A stretch of DNA of 64,000 nucleotides from positions 68,027 through 132,026 of IMG/VR virus record IMGVR_UViG_3300027795_000039; one strand, given 5' to 3'. How positions within the stretch are numbered: the stretch's first letter is position 1; each line of letters starts with the position of its first letter. Shown here one piece after another: positions 47,229 through 58,034 of this stretch. The stretch is from a virus. Below the pieces are notes generated by a model that saw only the letters and a list, made by a program, of their open reading frames with translations, had not been told where the DNA came from and made no database searches. Made by a program: the position numbers and the translations under genes.

Positions 47229-47800
47229 CTGAAACTGATGAAACGCGCTTGTGTGATGTCAAAACTGATGATACGCGGTGTGATAGTGTCGCTGAGTTCA
47301 ACGTAACAATAACATGCTCAGGGTGTCCGAAATCTCATCGTAAAGGTTTCACGTATGTCTGTAGCAAAGACCTAAACTGTGCCATTAAAAGCAATATTGT
47401 TTGCGACAGATGTGGTACACCACAAAATGTAATTGATTGGATAAAGCTACCAGTTACATCAAATGGAAATGCTGATGTGCGTGTTGTTCCACCAAAAACT
47501 AACTACCGTATCGGTGATAAACAACGCAACGCAGTACTCGATCAGCTCGCTGAGGCGTTCGGTGGTGGCTTTTTGACTCGCGAAGAATTTGATGAGCGAG
47601 CAAATGCGGTTCAAACCGCCAGAAACAATGCTGACCTGATAAAGATAACTAATGACTTGCTATCATCAGATAATGGTAAATCACCAGAACACGAACGTAC
47701 CATTGCAGACTGGAAACCACAATCATTTTTCTTGGCTGGCGTATTTATTGGTATCGTGTTTATGATAATACTTTTTATTATGCTGACAACAACCACCTAA
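47225..47800 (+). CDS. Cys-rich N-terminus, DUF1707/SHOCT-like domain and TM anchor
   Basis: RIGDKQRNAVLDQLAEAFGGGFLTREEFDER; C-terminal hydrophobic helix. Confidence 0.75.
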   Translation: MTETDETRLCDVKTDDTRCDSVAEFNVTITCSGCPKSHRKGFTYVCSKDLNCAIKSNIVCDRCGTPQNVIDWIKLPVTSNGNADVRVVPPKTNYRIGDKQRNAVLDQLAEAFGGGFLTREEFDERANAVQTARNNADLIKITNDLLSSDNGKSPEHERTIADWKPQSFFLAGVFIGIVFMIILFIMLTTTT

Positions 47801-47817
47801 CCCAATGGAGAACGCAA

Positions 47818-48096
47818 GTGGGATCACAGCGGTACCTAGCAGAATCACTCATGAGACACTTCAATATCACTGAAGATAACGCCTACCAGCTTACCACATT
47901 CGTTGAATCAGTGCAGGTTGGTAATGAGCTAGTTGATGCTGTTTACCCACTAACTTACGCTGGCGATATTCAGGGATCGATACGCGAGCTCACCAGGATA
48001 CACGCACTTCTCGGCGATAACATCCGGTCACTGAACCAGGAATTCAGTGCACTGGAACCACGGATTGACAACGCGATTGAACTAGGTGAAACATGA
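47818..48096 (+). CDS. hypothetical protein
   Basis: GGAG RBS. Confidence 0.6.
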   Translation: MGSQRYLAESLMRHFNITEDNAYQLTTFVESVQVGNELVDAVYPLTYAGDIQGSIRELTRIHALLGDNIRSLNQEFSALEPRIDNAIELGET

Positions 48097-48239
48097 CAAC
48101 GACCAAACAAGATCACATCGTTGAAGCAACGCGACTTGCGGATGAAGCCTCTCGATGGTTGGTCCGCGATCCACAACGAGCGGCGATAATCGCGCAGCTC
48201 GCCCAGGTTCACGCGACGATAGCGCAAGTGGTTGGTGAA

Positions 48240-49565
48240 TCACGCAGTGTAGAGCCAGTTTGCTCCACCGGCCTGGACGACTTCGGTCCCGAGTGCGTAG
48301 CTGGTAGCGGTACCACTAACGGTGACAGCTGTACCGTATCCCCATAGCATGCCGTTGTTAACCCGAAGTGGTGCGTTACCGAGCGCGTTGACCCGGAGCC
48401 CATAGCGTGGTGATACGTTTCCACCACCACCGTCGTTGTTACCAGTCATCTGGCCGATACCGGACACGATGACAGGGAGGCCGACGGACGGGCTAACTGC
48501 ACCACTGTAGTCAACATCGAGGCCCGCGTAAGTCCCAGCTGTACCCGTGTTTGACGCACCATCACGTCGGTTTACCAGGTTGCTAATGAGGACACCACAC
48601 GGGCCGGTGACGTTTCCACCACCTGTTTGCCAGGTACCATCAATCCGAAAACCAGAAAAGTTATTTCGGTCCGTGGAGCAGCCGATGAATTGCACCCACC
48701 CAGTCGCGTAGGTCCAGTCGACACCGCTTGCGTTGGTAACCCAGAAACCGTAGGTAGAGTTGTACTCAGCTCGGCAGCCGATGAACTTCGTGTTATCACA
48801 GCCGCACAATTGCCAGCCAGGACCGGTGTTTCCGATGATGTAGCAATTGAGGAACGTGGAGTCTTCAGCGTAGTTGAGATTGACGCCACCACCACTCGAG
48901 GTACCACACGAGTCGACACGAACGTCAGTCCAGATCTGGCCGAACGCGCCGATCTCACCGGCAGACAAATCGAGGATAGTGTTGACACCCCAGCCTGACA
49001 TGAAGCTAATGGCAACGTGGTTCAACTGGCACATGGCGGGGCCGGTAATGCGGATGGCATCAACTGGTTCCGTGGTGTAATTTGAACCATTGATCATGAT
49101 GTTCGACAGCGGTGCACCATTGGTCGGATTGTTGTCCGATTGTGACAAACTAAACAAATATGAACCGCTGAAGCCACTGGTTGGCTGGATTACGGTGCCG
49201 TTGAAGATACCAGTAACACTGCTTCCCATGGCACCAGCACCACGGAAGATGACGTTGCTGGGTACCACCCAGCCACCCGAGGTATTGTAGATGCCAGCAG
49301 GTGCGAGGATTAGCACGGTGGCAGGTGCGAGCGCCCCAGCAGCCGCGAACATGGCAGTCATGGCTGAGTAGCAATTAGTTGCACCAGTGATGTCAACGCC
49401 ATACTCGAGTGGTGACATAATGACAAGTCCACCAGCAGCTGCCTGTGCCAGCGTGGTTTTCTTATCAGTGCCAGTGGGTGCCATCGAGGTATCGTTTACA
49501 TCAACCACGATTGCCAGATCATCTGGTTGCGGGTTGGTCATCGCCTCATACTGCGTGATTTTCAT
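48240..49565 (-). CDS. tailspike / pectate-lyase-like beta-helix protein
   Basis: YGVDITGAT..APAGIY..FRGAG followed by beta-helix rungs. Confidence 0.85.
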   Translation of the reverse strand: MKITQYEAMTNPQPDDLAIVVDVNDTSMAPTGTDKKTTLAQAAAGGLVIMSPLEYGVDITGATNCYSAMTAMFAAAGALAPATVLILAPAGIYNTSGGWVVPSNVIFRGAGAMGSSVTGIFNGTVIQPTSGFSGSYLFSLSQSDNNPTNGAPLSNIMINGSNYTTEPVDAIRITGPAMCQLNHVAISFMSGWGVNTILDLSAGEIGAFGQIWTDVRVDSCGTSSGGGVNLNYAEDSTFLNCYIIGNTGPGWQLCGCDNTKFIGCRAEYNSTYGFWVTNASGVDWTYATGWVQFIGCSTDRNNFSGFRIDGTWQTGGGNVTGPCGVLISNLVNRRDGASNTGTAGTYAGLDVDYSGAVSPSVGLPVIVSGIGQMTGNNDGGGGNVSPRYGLRVNALGNAPLRVNNGMLWGYGTAVTVSGTATSYALGTEVVQAGGANWLYTA

Positions 49566-49579
49566 GTTACTTCCTCACG

Positions 49580-51547
49580 CTAAGAGACGCGTTCAAATGA
49601 TGATGAGGCAATCGTGATGATGTTAGACGCAGAGCTAGCACTCCACTGCCAGTCAACGCTCAATGATTCCGTTCCACTTACCGGCACCGTAATCGTTGAG
49701 ATAGTGGAGGAAAGTGAATACGTTGCCGCCGTGGCTGGAGTGCTACTGTTTGTCCAGAACATCTGGAGTGAGCACGTGCACGTGGTTCCAGTTCTGAAGT
49801 CAACATCACCGAGAATTTTAATCGGAACGCTAGTCAACGTACCAACCAGCGCAGGTGAATTAGCTGGTGCCGTTGAACGCAGTGATGTCAACAAAGTGCC
49901 AGCGGTCCCACCCCAGCGCACATCGCAGATGTATGTTGGTGGGCTTGTTGCCGTACTGATTCCACCACTGAGCGCGAACCGATACGCGGCTCCACCAACC
50001 GGGTCATTAGCTGGTACCGACAGTGAACCCAGGGAAGTCTGCTGGGTGGTGTTCGCTACTGTAACTGCTGATGTGGCAGCTGGTTGAGACAGCTGCAGAT
50101 TCAGCACCAACCCGGCAGGTGTGTCCACCGTGGGCATGTTATTGGTATCGGCACTAATTTGTGATGGACCATCAACAGAATCACCGAACAGGTTGATAAA
50201 GCTGGCGTCGATAGTTGTCATCACGTACGATGATGACAGGTTACCGGCACCGTTCAGATCACCAGCGAAGTCAAAGTTGCCGCCGCCATTGGAGGCCTGA
50301 AACGCGGTGGTCGCCGCATAAAAGTTGAGCTGACCACTGCATTGTTGTATAAAGTTGTTGACCGTGTCACCGAAGTAAATGCAATACGGTCCATTCGTGT
50401 CGAGGCTATCGCACTCCACGCCGATGTAAATCTGGCTATACAGCAATGAAGAATAAGTACCCACGTCACCGCTGCCAGCTGGTGATTGCCCGGTGATTCG
50501 CAGCACCGCCGCTGTTACCGTGGAATTTGAGCCACCGAAGTTGCCGCGGATGGTAAGGTTACCATCCTGCATGTTGGCGCCGTTATTCCAGGTAACGCCA
50601 TCAAATGAAACATTATTTGACTGGTCAAGGTAAACTTCCATGTTCAACCGGTCATATGAACCAGTAGATGAAGACCCGGCACCGCTCGCATGGTCAAACA
50701 TCACGCCAGTGTTACAATACGTTACAAACAAACGGCCGTAGAGCTGCTCGGTCCACGAGTATTGATTATCAAAGTGAACGCCAATAGAGCCAGTGAAGTT
50801 AGCGAAGTTCTGGACAGCGATGTCCACACGATACTGGAACATGTCACCCATGTGAAGCGCGGACGACGCCGCGCTGCCTGAGCTGTTTGTACCGTCGATG
50901 GTCATCCCAACGACACCGCCACCGTTGACAGTCCTGTCAGACGTGGTATCGTAAATGCGCAGGCAATCGCCACTGCCGTAGAAGTAAATGGTGGTAGCCC
51001 AGTTGCCATCACCGATAATGTACACGGCGACACCAGTGACATTCCCGGTGATGGTAGACTCGACCTTGTAACTGCCAGATGGCAAGTACACCACGCCACC
51101 GCCTGCGTCAATTGCGGCGGTAACCGCTGCTTGGATCGCGGCCGTGGCGTCGGTGGAACCAGTTGAGTCAGCACCATATCTCGTAACAACGTTCAGCCAG
51201 TCGGTTTGATGGCTAAGTGCGGTGCTGGTGCCAGTTAGGTAACCTGCTGTTACCACCTGCTGGATGGTAAATCCTGCAGTATGAGCAACAGGCGTGGTTC
51301 CCTCGACACCCCTGGTGACTGTCCAGGTAGTACCGGATATGTTGGTAACAGCAATGACCTCGCTGCTTTTACCAGATGCTATGTCAACAACGTGGAACTG
51401 GCTGGGTGGCACGGCAGAACTGGACGCGGCTGGGAACGTGGTAGATGAAGCAACAGTCCAGGACTGTGACGTGCCTTGTGCTGGTGCTGTCGTACCACCG
51501 GAGGAGACAGTGGTCGTAGGCTGGTTAGCGAAAATCTCAACGGTCAT
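49580..51547 (-). CDS. tailspike / depolymerase-like beta-helix protein
   Basis: LNVVTRYGADSTGSTDATAAIQAA..VVYLPSGSY. Confidence 0.87.
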   Translation of the reverse strand: MTVEIFANQPTTTVSSGGTTAPAQGTSQSWTVASSTTFPAASSSAVPPSQFHVVDIASGKSSEVIAVTNISGTTWTVTRGVEGTTPVAHTAGFTIQQVVTAGYLTGTSTALSHQTDWLNVVTRYGADSTGSTDATAAIQAAVTAAIDAGGGVVYLPSGSYKVESTITGNVTGVAVYIIGDGNWATTIYFYGSGDCLRIYDTTSDRTVNGGGVVGMTIDGTNSSGSAASSALHMGDMFQYRVDIAVQNFANFTGSIGVHFDNQYSWTEQLYGRLFVTYCNTGVMFDHASGAGSSSTGSYDRLNMEVYLDQSNNVSFDGVTWNNGANMQDGNLTIRGNFGGSNSTVTAAVLRITGQSPAGSGDVGTYSSLLYSQIYIGVECDSLDTNGPYCIYFGDTVNNFIQQCSGQLNFYAATTAFQASNGGGNFDFAGDLNGAGNLSSSYVMTTIDASFINLFGDSVDGPSQISADTNNMPTVDTPAGLVLNLQLSQPAATSAVTVANTTQQTSLGSLSVPANDPVGGAAYRFALSGGISTATSPPTYICDVRWGGTAGTLLTSLRSTAPANSPALVGTLTSVPIKILGDVDFRTGTTCTCSLQMFWTNSSTPATAATYSLSSTISTITVPVSGTESLSVDWQWSASSASNIITIASSSFERVS

Positions 51548-51571
51548 AACCGTCTCCTTCCGTGTTTAACA

Positions 51572-53611
51572 CTATGAAACGCGTTCAAATGATGAGAAAA
51601 CTGAGATCGTGTTTGCTGTGTTAGCTGTAGCCCATTTCCAGTCGAGTGAAAATGACTCAGTTGATGCCACGGTGACGGTAACCGGCGTGGTAATTGATGA
51701 TGTCGCAACCGTGGTTGGTATGGTACCAGTATTGCTATTCCGCCAGCTCATCTCCAGCCAGCCAACAGCACTTGTGGCTGTTGGAAACTCAATTTCACCC
51801 TCAATCCTTACCGGTGTGGTAGTCAACGACGCGGTAAGCCCGAGAGCAGATGTGCCAGTTATCAGTGAAGTAAGAAGTGTGCCTGCGGTACCACCCCACC
51901 GCATGTCAACGGTGGTAGCACCTGGTGTGGCTTCGGTACTGAGAGTGCCGTGAGCGATGACGCGGTAACGTGCACCTGGAACCGGATCATTAGCTGGTAC
52001 CGACAATGAACCCAGGGAAGTCTGCTGGGTGGTGTTCGCTACTGTAACTGCTGAGGTGCCGGTATACTGAGACATCTGCAGCAGCGCGGGGTTGGTAGTA
52101 CCAAGACCAGCACCAGTCAAAGCAGCTGGCTGAGCGTATCCATTACCATCTGATCCATCCCAGCCGTACAACAATGCGAAATACTGAGCGGTACCTGGTG
52201 TTGCCACCAGCCCGAGCAAACCCATCGGTGTCAGGAAAAATGGGTAGTTAAGTTGAACGGCTGCAGGATCAATGATCGTGTTAGAACCACCATCAACATC
52301 TGTTCTGTTTAGTGAACTGATGGTGCCGTATAGACTATTGCCGACGATACTCGTACTGGTAACCGTTCCATCTGTCTGGATACCGTAGCCTTGAGCACCT
52401 GGGGGGTCAAACGTGTTGGTTGAACCGGTACAGCCAACAACCGAACACTGAGTAGTACCATTGATATTGATACCAACACCAGTTGTTACACCAGCACCAG
52501 CCGAGTTAGTATCAGCCTCACAGCCGGTAATGGTAACGTTCTGGCACCCGTTAAGGTCAAAACCATGAAGTGCAGCTTGTTGTGCAGAACACCCGGTGAA
52601 AGTAAGAAACGCCCCGAGGATTTCAAAACCACACTCAGTAGTTCCCCATTCACCAATTGACTCACTGAACCCGGCGTAAAACGCTTTACAACTGGTAAAC
52701 ATGTTGTTGCTGGCGGTATCAGCAATGTACCAGCCGTGATTTACGCTGGCACCAGACGTGCAATCGGTAAAGTGTGAGTCAGTGCAGCCTGCACCATCAG
52801 CAGCTGCTCCTGGACCGAGGTAGAAACCGTAACCACCAGCGAAGTACTGGACGCAGTTCCTGACGCGAAGCTCACGGGCGTTATTGTCAAAGTGGAATGC
52901 ATCACCGCCAGCACCGAGGATAAAGATGTGCTCAAGTGAATGCAGTGGATCATATGGCACGTAAGGGGTAATCGGCGTAAAACCAGTATTGTCAAGGTTA
53001 ATGCCACCGAGAGATCCGGTGTTCGGGATAAGCGTAAAGTTTTCGAGTGTAACCTGCTTAGTGGTAGCAGGTGTTTTCAGCGCGATCATGTACCCGGTGG
53101 TACCGCTCGGTGCTTGCAAGATGGTACCGTAACCACTGCCGATGATGGCACCGTATGAATCTGGCAGCAGATTAGTGGTGTAGTAAGTACCGGTGCGCAA
53201 CAGCGTCACACCACCGTTTTGGGTAACAGCATTGATTGCTGCTGTGTCTGTGGCACCACTCGTATCACCAGATGGCTGGACAGCAACTTGGTAAAAACCG
53301 TTAAATCCACCAGTTGTCACCACCTGGTAAACAGTAAATCCGGCGGTGTGAGCCACCGGCGTGGTACCTTCCGCGCCACGAGTTACCGTCCACGTGGTAC
53401 CAGACACGTTGGTAACTGCCATCATCTCAGTGGGTTGAGATGGGTCAGCAACGTGGAACTGAGTGGGTGGAGAAACTGATGATGACGCTGTGGGAAAACC
53501 AGTAGAAGACGCTACTGTCCACGACTGACTTGTACCAGGAGATGGCGCGGTTGTACCACCGGAGGAGACGGTGGTGGTCGCGAGGTTCTTGTTAAAGACC
53601 TCAACGGTCAT
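51572..53611 (-). CDS. tailspike / depolymerase-like beta-helix protein, paralog of 49580..51547
   Basis: Shared N- and C-terminal modules; PSGDTSGATDTAAINA..LRTGTY. Confidence 0.87.
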   Translation of the reverse strand: MTVEVFNKNLATTTVSSGGTTAPSPGTSQSWTVASSTGFPTASSSVSPPTQFHVADPSQPTEMMAVTNVSGTTWTVTRGAEGTTPVAHTAGFTVYQVVTTGGFNGFYQVAVQPSGDTSGATDTAAINAVTQNGGVTLLRTGTYYTTNLLPDSYGAIIGSGYGTILQAPSGTTGYMIALKTPATTKQVTLENFTLIPNTGSLGGINLDNTGFTPITPYVPYDPLHSLEHIFILGAGGDAFHFDNNARELRVRNCVQYFAGGYGFYLGPGAAADGAGCTDSHFTDCTSGASVNHGWYIADTASNNMFTSCKAFYAGFSESIGEWGTTECGFEILGAFLTFTGCSAQQAALHGFDLNGCQNVTITGCEADTNSAGAGVTTGVGININGTTQCSVVGCTGSTNTFDPPGAQGYGIQTDGTVTSTSIVGNSLYGTISSLNRTDVDGGSNTIIDPAAVQLNYPFFLTPMGLLGLVATPGTAQYFALLYGWDGSDGNGYAQPAALTGAGLGTTNPALLQMSQYTGTSAVTVANTTQQTSLGSLSVPANDPVPGARYRVIAHGTLSTEATPGATTVDMRWGGTAGTLLTSLITGTSALGLTASLTTTPVRIEGEIEFPTATSAVGWLEMSWRNSNTGTIPTTVATSSITTPVTVTVASTESFSLDWKWATANTANTISVFSSFERVS

Positions 53612-53627
53612 CGCTGCGTATCCTCTC

Positions 53628-53951
53628 TCACGGTGTAATTTGCAGGTAAACTTGCTGTAGGACCGGAACTGGTGGGCTGCTGAGGATCTTCACCCAGACC
53701 TGGTACAATCCGATGGCGAGCACGGTTCCACCATTTTCTGGTCCCACGAGACACTGTGCCCAGTACTGCGGTCCTGGTGATACTGCCCACGACCCGGTGA
53801 TCCAGTCATCAGTGGTAGGCCGTGTTTCCGGGTACGTCTCGAGTGTGAAAGCAAACTGGATGTTATCGAAAGTTGGATCGGTACTACCAGGTGAGGCTAT
53901 CAGCACCTGAACGTAATCAGTCGACAATGACGACTGCGTTACCGTAATCAC
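53628..53951 (-). CDS. small virion adaptor (BppU-like) protein
   Basis: DPT...QFAF..W..GSW..CLVGP..GLYQVWVKI. Confidence 0.65.
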   Translation of the reverse strand: MITVTQSSLSTDYVQVLIASPGSTDPTFDNIQFAFTLETYPETRPTTDDWITGSWAVSPGPQYWAQCLVGPENGGTVLAIGLYQVWVKILSSPPVPVLQQVYLQITP

Positions 53952-53965
53952 GCAGCCTCCTGCGG

Positions 53966-56900
53966 TTAGACAATGCGAGCGCTGTCAGCTCGCCAGGTAA
54001 AGCGTGCAGCAACAATGGTATAATTCGGTCCAGGCGCTGGTACGATGCGTTCACCAGTTGCCGCCACTTTTACTTCTACCTCGAAGTTAACAACACGGTA
54101 GAAGCTGACATAGTAGCCAGCAAATGCTTCCGTTACTACCGTGAGATGTGCTGTTGGATGTGCGCTGTAAAAACGAGTGACGTGTGTTTCTGGGAGTAGC
54201 AAAAGCGCGGCATCGCGGAACTTGCCAACGGTACCACTCGAGTAAGTAAATGACTCGATGGGTAGCGTGGTAAACCGGTAGTGACCGTGAACACGAGTGG
54301 TAACGAGAAGTGGTGCTACCAGTTTTGCTGCGGTACGGTACCGGCCTGCAGTCCGGTGCGCCGTGAATGCTGTGATGGTAAGCGATGAACTGGTACGGTA
54401 CCGCCCAGCAACACGTGTCGTTGTGGTTGATGGTGTAATGAGTGATGACGCGTGCCGGTACTTGCTGACCGTGGCTGATGCTGTTAGCTTCAGTGTTATC
54501 GTGGTTGAAGCGGTGCGGTAACGCGTTACCATCGCCGTGGCAGTGAACACCGGTTTGATGATAGATGACGCAGTCGTGTACCGGTTCACCAGCCTGGTAT
54601 CGGTGAACCGTGGTACCAGCAACTCAGCTGTGGTACGGTACCGGCTGGCCACTCGTTGCACGAGAGTGGCTGGTATAACACGTGATGAAGTAGTACGGTA
54701 CCGCCCCGCGATACGCGTGGTAAACGATGATGGTGCTACTCGCAGTGAACCAGTGCGATAACGCGCTGCTACCCTGCTCGCGAGCTGGTTTACTCCAACA
54801 ATAAATGAAGTAGCTCGGTAATGACCACGACGTGTAGTAGCGCTCTTGGTAGAAACAACGGTAAGAGATGCGGTACGGAATACCGATACTCTCGCTTGTA
54901 CCACCGTGACTGGTGTGATAACAAGTGAAGCAGTCTTAGTGAAGTTATTACTGTTTGAGGCTGTAGCTGCTGTCAGTGGCTTCACGCTCAAAGCCGCCTG
55001 GCGCACTGCAGATGCAGTACCCGATGCACGCAGTGACGGTGTCACCCGTAGTGATGCGGATACAACACGCATCGCGGTGGCTACCGCGGTACTACTCGAG
55101 AGAACACGTGCTGAAGCACTGCGATGACGAGTTACCATCGCAATGGCGTTGAAAGCCGGTGTTACTCGGAGAACACCACTTCGAGAGTGGGCTAGCGACC
55201 GGATCGCGAGGAATCTTGGTGTTACCCGAAGCGATGCGGCATGGTACCGGCCTGCGTGGGTTACTACCAGGAATGATGGTACTACCGGTAGTGAAGCACC
55301 ACGATGATGATTTACTGTCGCTGCAGCGGTGAGTGCCGGTGTAATGTGAAGTGATGAAGTGCGGTAATGCCCGTGTACCGTTGAGACGTGTGTTGCTGGT
55401 GTAACAGTGAGCGACGCGGTATGGTGATGTGATACCGCTGTTGCCACGTGGAATGCTGGTGTAGCCGTGTAATGCGCTGTGGCGGTAAACTCACCGTTAA
55501 AAGCACCAGTAGCAACGAACGATGGTACCACGAGCAGTGACGCGTGAGCGGTAAGCGATGATGTCGCTGACGTGTGAGTGATTGGTGTAACTCGAAGCGC
55601 GCTGGTGCGGTATTTACCGTCAACAGCTGTCGCTGAAGATTGTGACGTTACGGTGAGCGAAGCGTGAGCAACATACCCTGCCACAGCCGCAGCGTGATAC
55701 ACCGGCAAGATACGCAGCACCGCTGTCCGGTAATGCGCGCGTGTTGCTACCGCGTGGAATACTGGTATAGCGGTAAACGAGCTTGACCGGAAATGAGCAT
55801 GCCTGGTGGTAACCGAACGAATTGGTGTGACAGTAAGCGATGTGGTACGGAAATGCGCATGTGTTGTGGTTACATGTCGTACTGGTGTTACGGTTAGTGA
55901 GGCGGTGGTAGTAAGCTGTGCAGCTGGTGCAGCACCAGGCTGGACAGCACCAGGCTGGACAGCACCCGGTACAGCACGGTTACTCGAGTAATACGTTGCT
56001 GGTGGTGGACCAGTTGCGATAGCTGACCGAACAGGGTGAACTAGCAGTGACGCGGTTCGGAAGTGCGCGTGAACACGCGAAACTGATCGTACTGGTGTAA
56101 CGGTAAGTGATGCGGTGCGGATGTGAGCGCGCCGAACGGTAACAAAGCGAACTGGTGTTACCGTAAGTGAAGTAGTGCGGAAGTGCGCACGCGTCGTCGT
56201 GGTATGGTAAACCGGGGTAGCAACCAGCGACGCTGTAGCAGTATGACTGGTTCCTGTTACCACGTATGGCGTGGCTGGGGTGGCAAGACCCGGGTTCATC
56301 AAACCAGGGACAGCATCAATACTTTGCTGTGATCCTGGTACGGTAACCGACGCAATAGCATGAAGTATAACACTTACCGCACGAGTTGCAGTTCGCTTAC
56401 CAGCGTGAACACGTGTTACTGAACGAGTTGGGGTAACGGTGAGTGATGCAACTCGTTTACTAGCATGAACACGTGTTACTGAGCGAACTGGAATAACAGT
56501 AAGCGATTGAATTCGTTTACTGGCATGAACACGTGTTACTGAACGAGTTGGAGTAACCTTCAATGAAGCAGTAGCGGTAAGAGTGGTAAGAGCTGGTGCC
56601 AGTCCAACTGTAAAACCGGTCAACAACGCTGTCGAAGCCGCACCACAGGTAAACGTACCGCCACCGATGGCTGCGCCAGAGTTACCTACATTAGCATTCG
56701 AGTCATAACTGGCAGCACCAACTTGACTATCAGATACCTCTGATTCACGAGAAGTGGCACCTGATGGTCCGTTGAGCACTGATGTTGAACCGAGCGCACC
56801 GCCACCGAGGTATATCGCCCAGCAGTTATTCGTGGTGGTATCGAGTACTGGACACGTTACCGTTTCACTGTTAGCGCCACCAAAGGCACCACTCGCCACG

Positions 56901-57964
56901 TTAATGGGTGAGGAAACATTGGCACCCGTGTACGCATACAACACGGCTGCCCAGTAGCAGCTAGTGACACCAGCGCTGATGGTGATGACTTTACCAACAT
57001 CACTACTGGCTGAACCAAGTGTTCCCGCAGCGACGAAGTACCAGCAGACACCGGTGATTCCGGCTGCGGTGGGGGTCGACTCGGTACCGGTGACTGGAGT
57101 AGCGGCTTGCGTTGGACTGGTGCCAGTTGAGGACACCGTTATTGTCGGTGCAGTTGCAACTAGCTCAATCGCATTGGCGTGAATAAGGACCACATCTTGG
57201 CCCTTAACACCAGCTGGAACTGTCAGCGTAACGCTTGTTGCCAGATCCGCGAAACCAGTAGTACCGACATTGGGAGTGATGGGTGAAACGTAACCACCAC
57301 TCGTGGTAACCGAGCGAACTGGAACAACGGTAAGCGACGCGGTGACGGTATGAGCGGAAGTCGCCTCATACACCAAGACAGCAACACCAGATTTTGAGTT
57401 AGGATCACCAGCTACTGGCGCTTGAGTACTGCTGGTACAACTCGGATTCCACGTCGCGATGTTGCCGTGACCATCATTTGCCCAGCTGTAACCGCTAGTG
57501 GTACCAACACTACCAGTGCCTGAGTTCCAGGTATAACCAAAGTAAAGTTCGCCAGCACCGTGACCAGGTACCAGTGATGGGTAAGTACCTGTGGCTGCAT
57601 TAACGGTACCAGAGGTATCCAGTGTAACGGTTGAGAAACCAGCACTGGTAGTAAACTCAGCACCGAGGATACGGATGGTTGTTGGCGCGGTACCAAACGT
57701 TACCGTTACCGTCGTGGATGAGGTACTGGTAACGTGACCGATAAAAACAGTGGAACTGACGGTATTTGCAGATAGCGAGGTGTGTGGAACGAGAACGGAC
57801 CAGGTGGCGTTACCATTGGACAATGCCGAGGCAAAATGGTCCTCGTAATCGCTACTGCTTTCCGCGAGTACTTCAACAATCGCGAAGTTACCAATGGTAT
57901 GAGGGGCGTAGGTGAACGTTGACGCGCTGCCGACGAAGAACGTGCCAGTGGTACCGAAGCTCAT
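53966..57964 (-). CDS. minor tail/fibre protein with many ~20-aa RTASLxVTP repeats
   Basis: Two beta-rich N-terminal domains, then about 35 repeats; 60-bp DNA periodicity at 56400-56560. Confidence 0.85.
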   Translation of the reverse strand: MSFGTTGTFFVGSASTFTYAPHTIGNFAIVEVLAESSSDYEDHFASALSNGNATWSVLVPHTSLSANTVSSTVFIGHVTSTSSTTVTVTFGTAPTTIRILGAEFTTSAGFSTVTLDTSGTVNAATGTYPSLVPGHGAGELYFGYTWNSGTGSVGTTSGYSWANDGHGNIATWNPSCTSSTQAPVAGDPNSKSGVAVLVYEATSAHTVTASLTVVPVRSVTTSGGYVSPITPNVGTTGFADLATSVTLTVPAGVKGQDVVLIHANAIELVATAPTITVSSTGTSPTQAATPVTGTESTPTAAGITGVCWYFVAAGTLGSASSDVGKVITISAGVTSCYWAAVLYAYTGANVSSPINVASGAFGGANSETVTCPVLDTTTNNCWAIYLGGGALGSTSVLNGPSGATSRESEVSDSQVGAASYDSNANVGNSGAAIGGGTFTCGAASTALLTGFTVGLAPALTTLTATASLKVTPTRSVTRVHASKRIQSLTVIPVRSVTRVHASKRVASLTVTPTRSVTRVHAGKRTATRAVSVILHAIASVTVPGSQQSIDAVPGLMNPGLATPATPYVVTGTSHTATASLVATPVYHTTTTRAHFRTTSLTVTPVRFVTVRRAHIRTASLTVTPVRSVSRVHAHFRTASLLVHPVRSAIATGPPPATYYSSNRAVPGAVQPGAVQPGAAPAAQLTTTASLTVTPVRHVTTTHAHFRTTSLTVTPIRSVTTRHAHFRSSSFTAIPVFHAVATRAHYRTAVLRILPVYHAAAVAGYVAHASLTVTSQSSATAVDGKYRTSALRVTPITHTSATSSLTAHASLLVVPSFVATGAFNGEFTATAHYTATPAFHVATAVSHHHTASLTVTPATHVSTVHGHYRTSSLHITPALTAAATVNHHRGASLPVVPSFLVVTHAGRYHAASLRVTPRFLAIRSLAHSRSGVLRVTPAFNAIAMVTRHRSASARVLSSSTAVATAMRVVSASLRVTPSLRASGTASAVRQAALSVKPLTAATASNSNNFTKTASLVITPVTVVQARVSVFRTASLTVVSTKSATTRRGHYRATSFIVGVNQLASRVAARYRTGSLRVAPSSFTTRIAGRYRTTSSRVIPATLVQRVASRYRTTAELLVPRFTDTRLVNRYTTASSIIKPVFTATAMVTRYRTASTTITLKLTASATVSKYRHASSLITPSTTTTRVAGRYRTSSSLTITAFTAHRTAGRYRTAAKLVAPLLVTTRVHGHYRFTTLPIESFTYSSGTVGKFRDAALLLLPETHVTRFYSAHPTAHLTVVTEAFAGYYVSFYRVVNFEVEVKVAATGERIVPAPGPNYTIVAARFTWRADSARIV

Positions 57965-58034
57965 CTCTCACCTGCCGCAGTCATCAGCGATCGAGCGACA
58001 CCACCTCCCACATCTTAACCAGGAGCGAGTGCGA

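Noticed and set aside
48093-48347. Plus-strand 84-aa ORF
   Set aside because: Coupled to the upstream gene and possibly real, but it overlaps the tailspike 3' end by over 100 nt and has no motif, so it was not listed
49580-53611. Diversity-generating retroelement or invertible shufflon acting on tailspikes
   Set aside because: The repeats are direct with a single mismatch, and there is no reverse transcriptase or invertase in the window
56400-56560. CRISPR-like array
   Set aside because: The 60-bp periodicity is an in-frame coding repeat with degenerate third positions and no unique spacers
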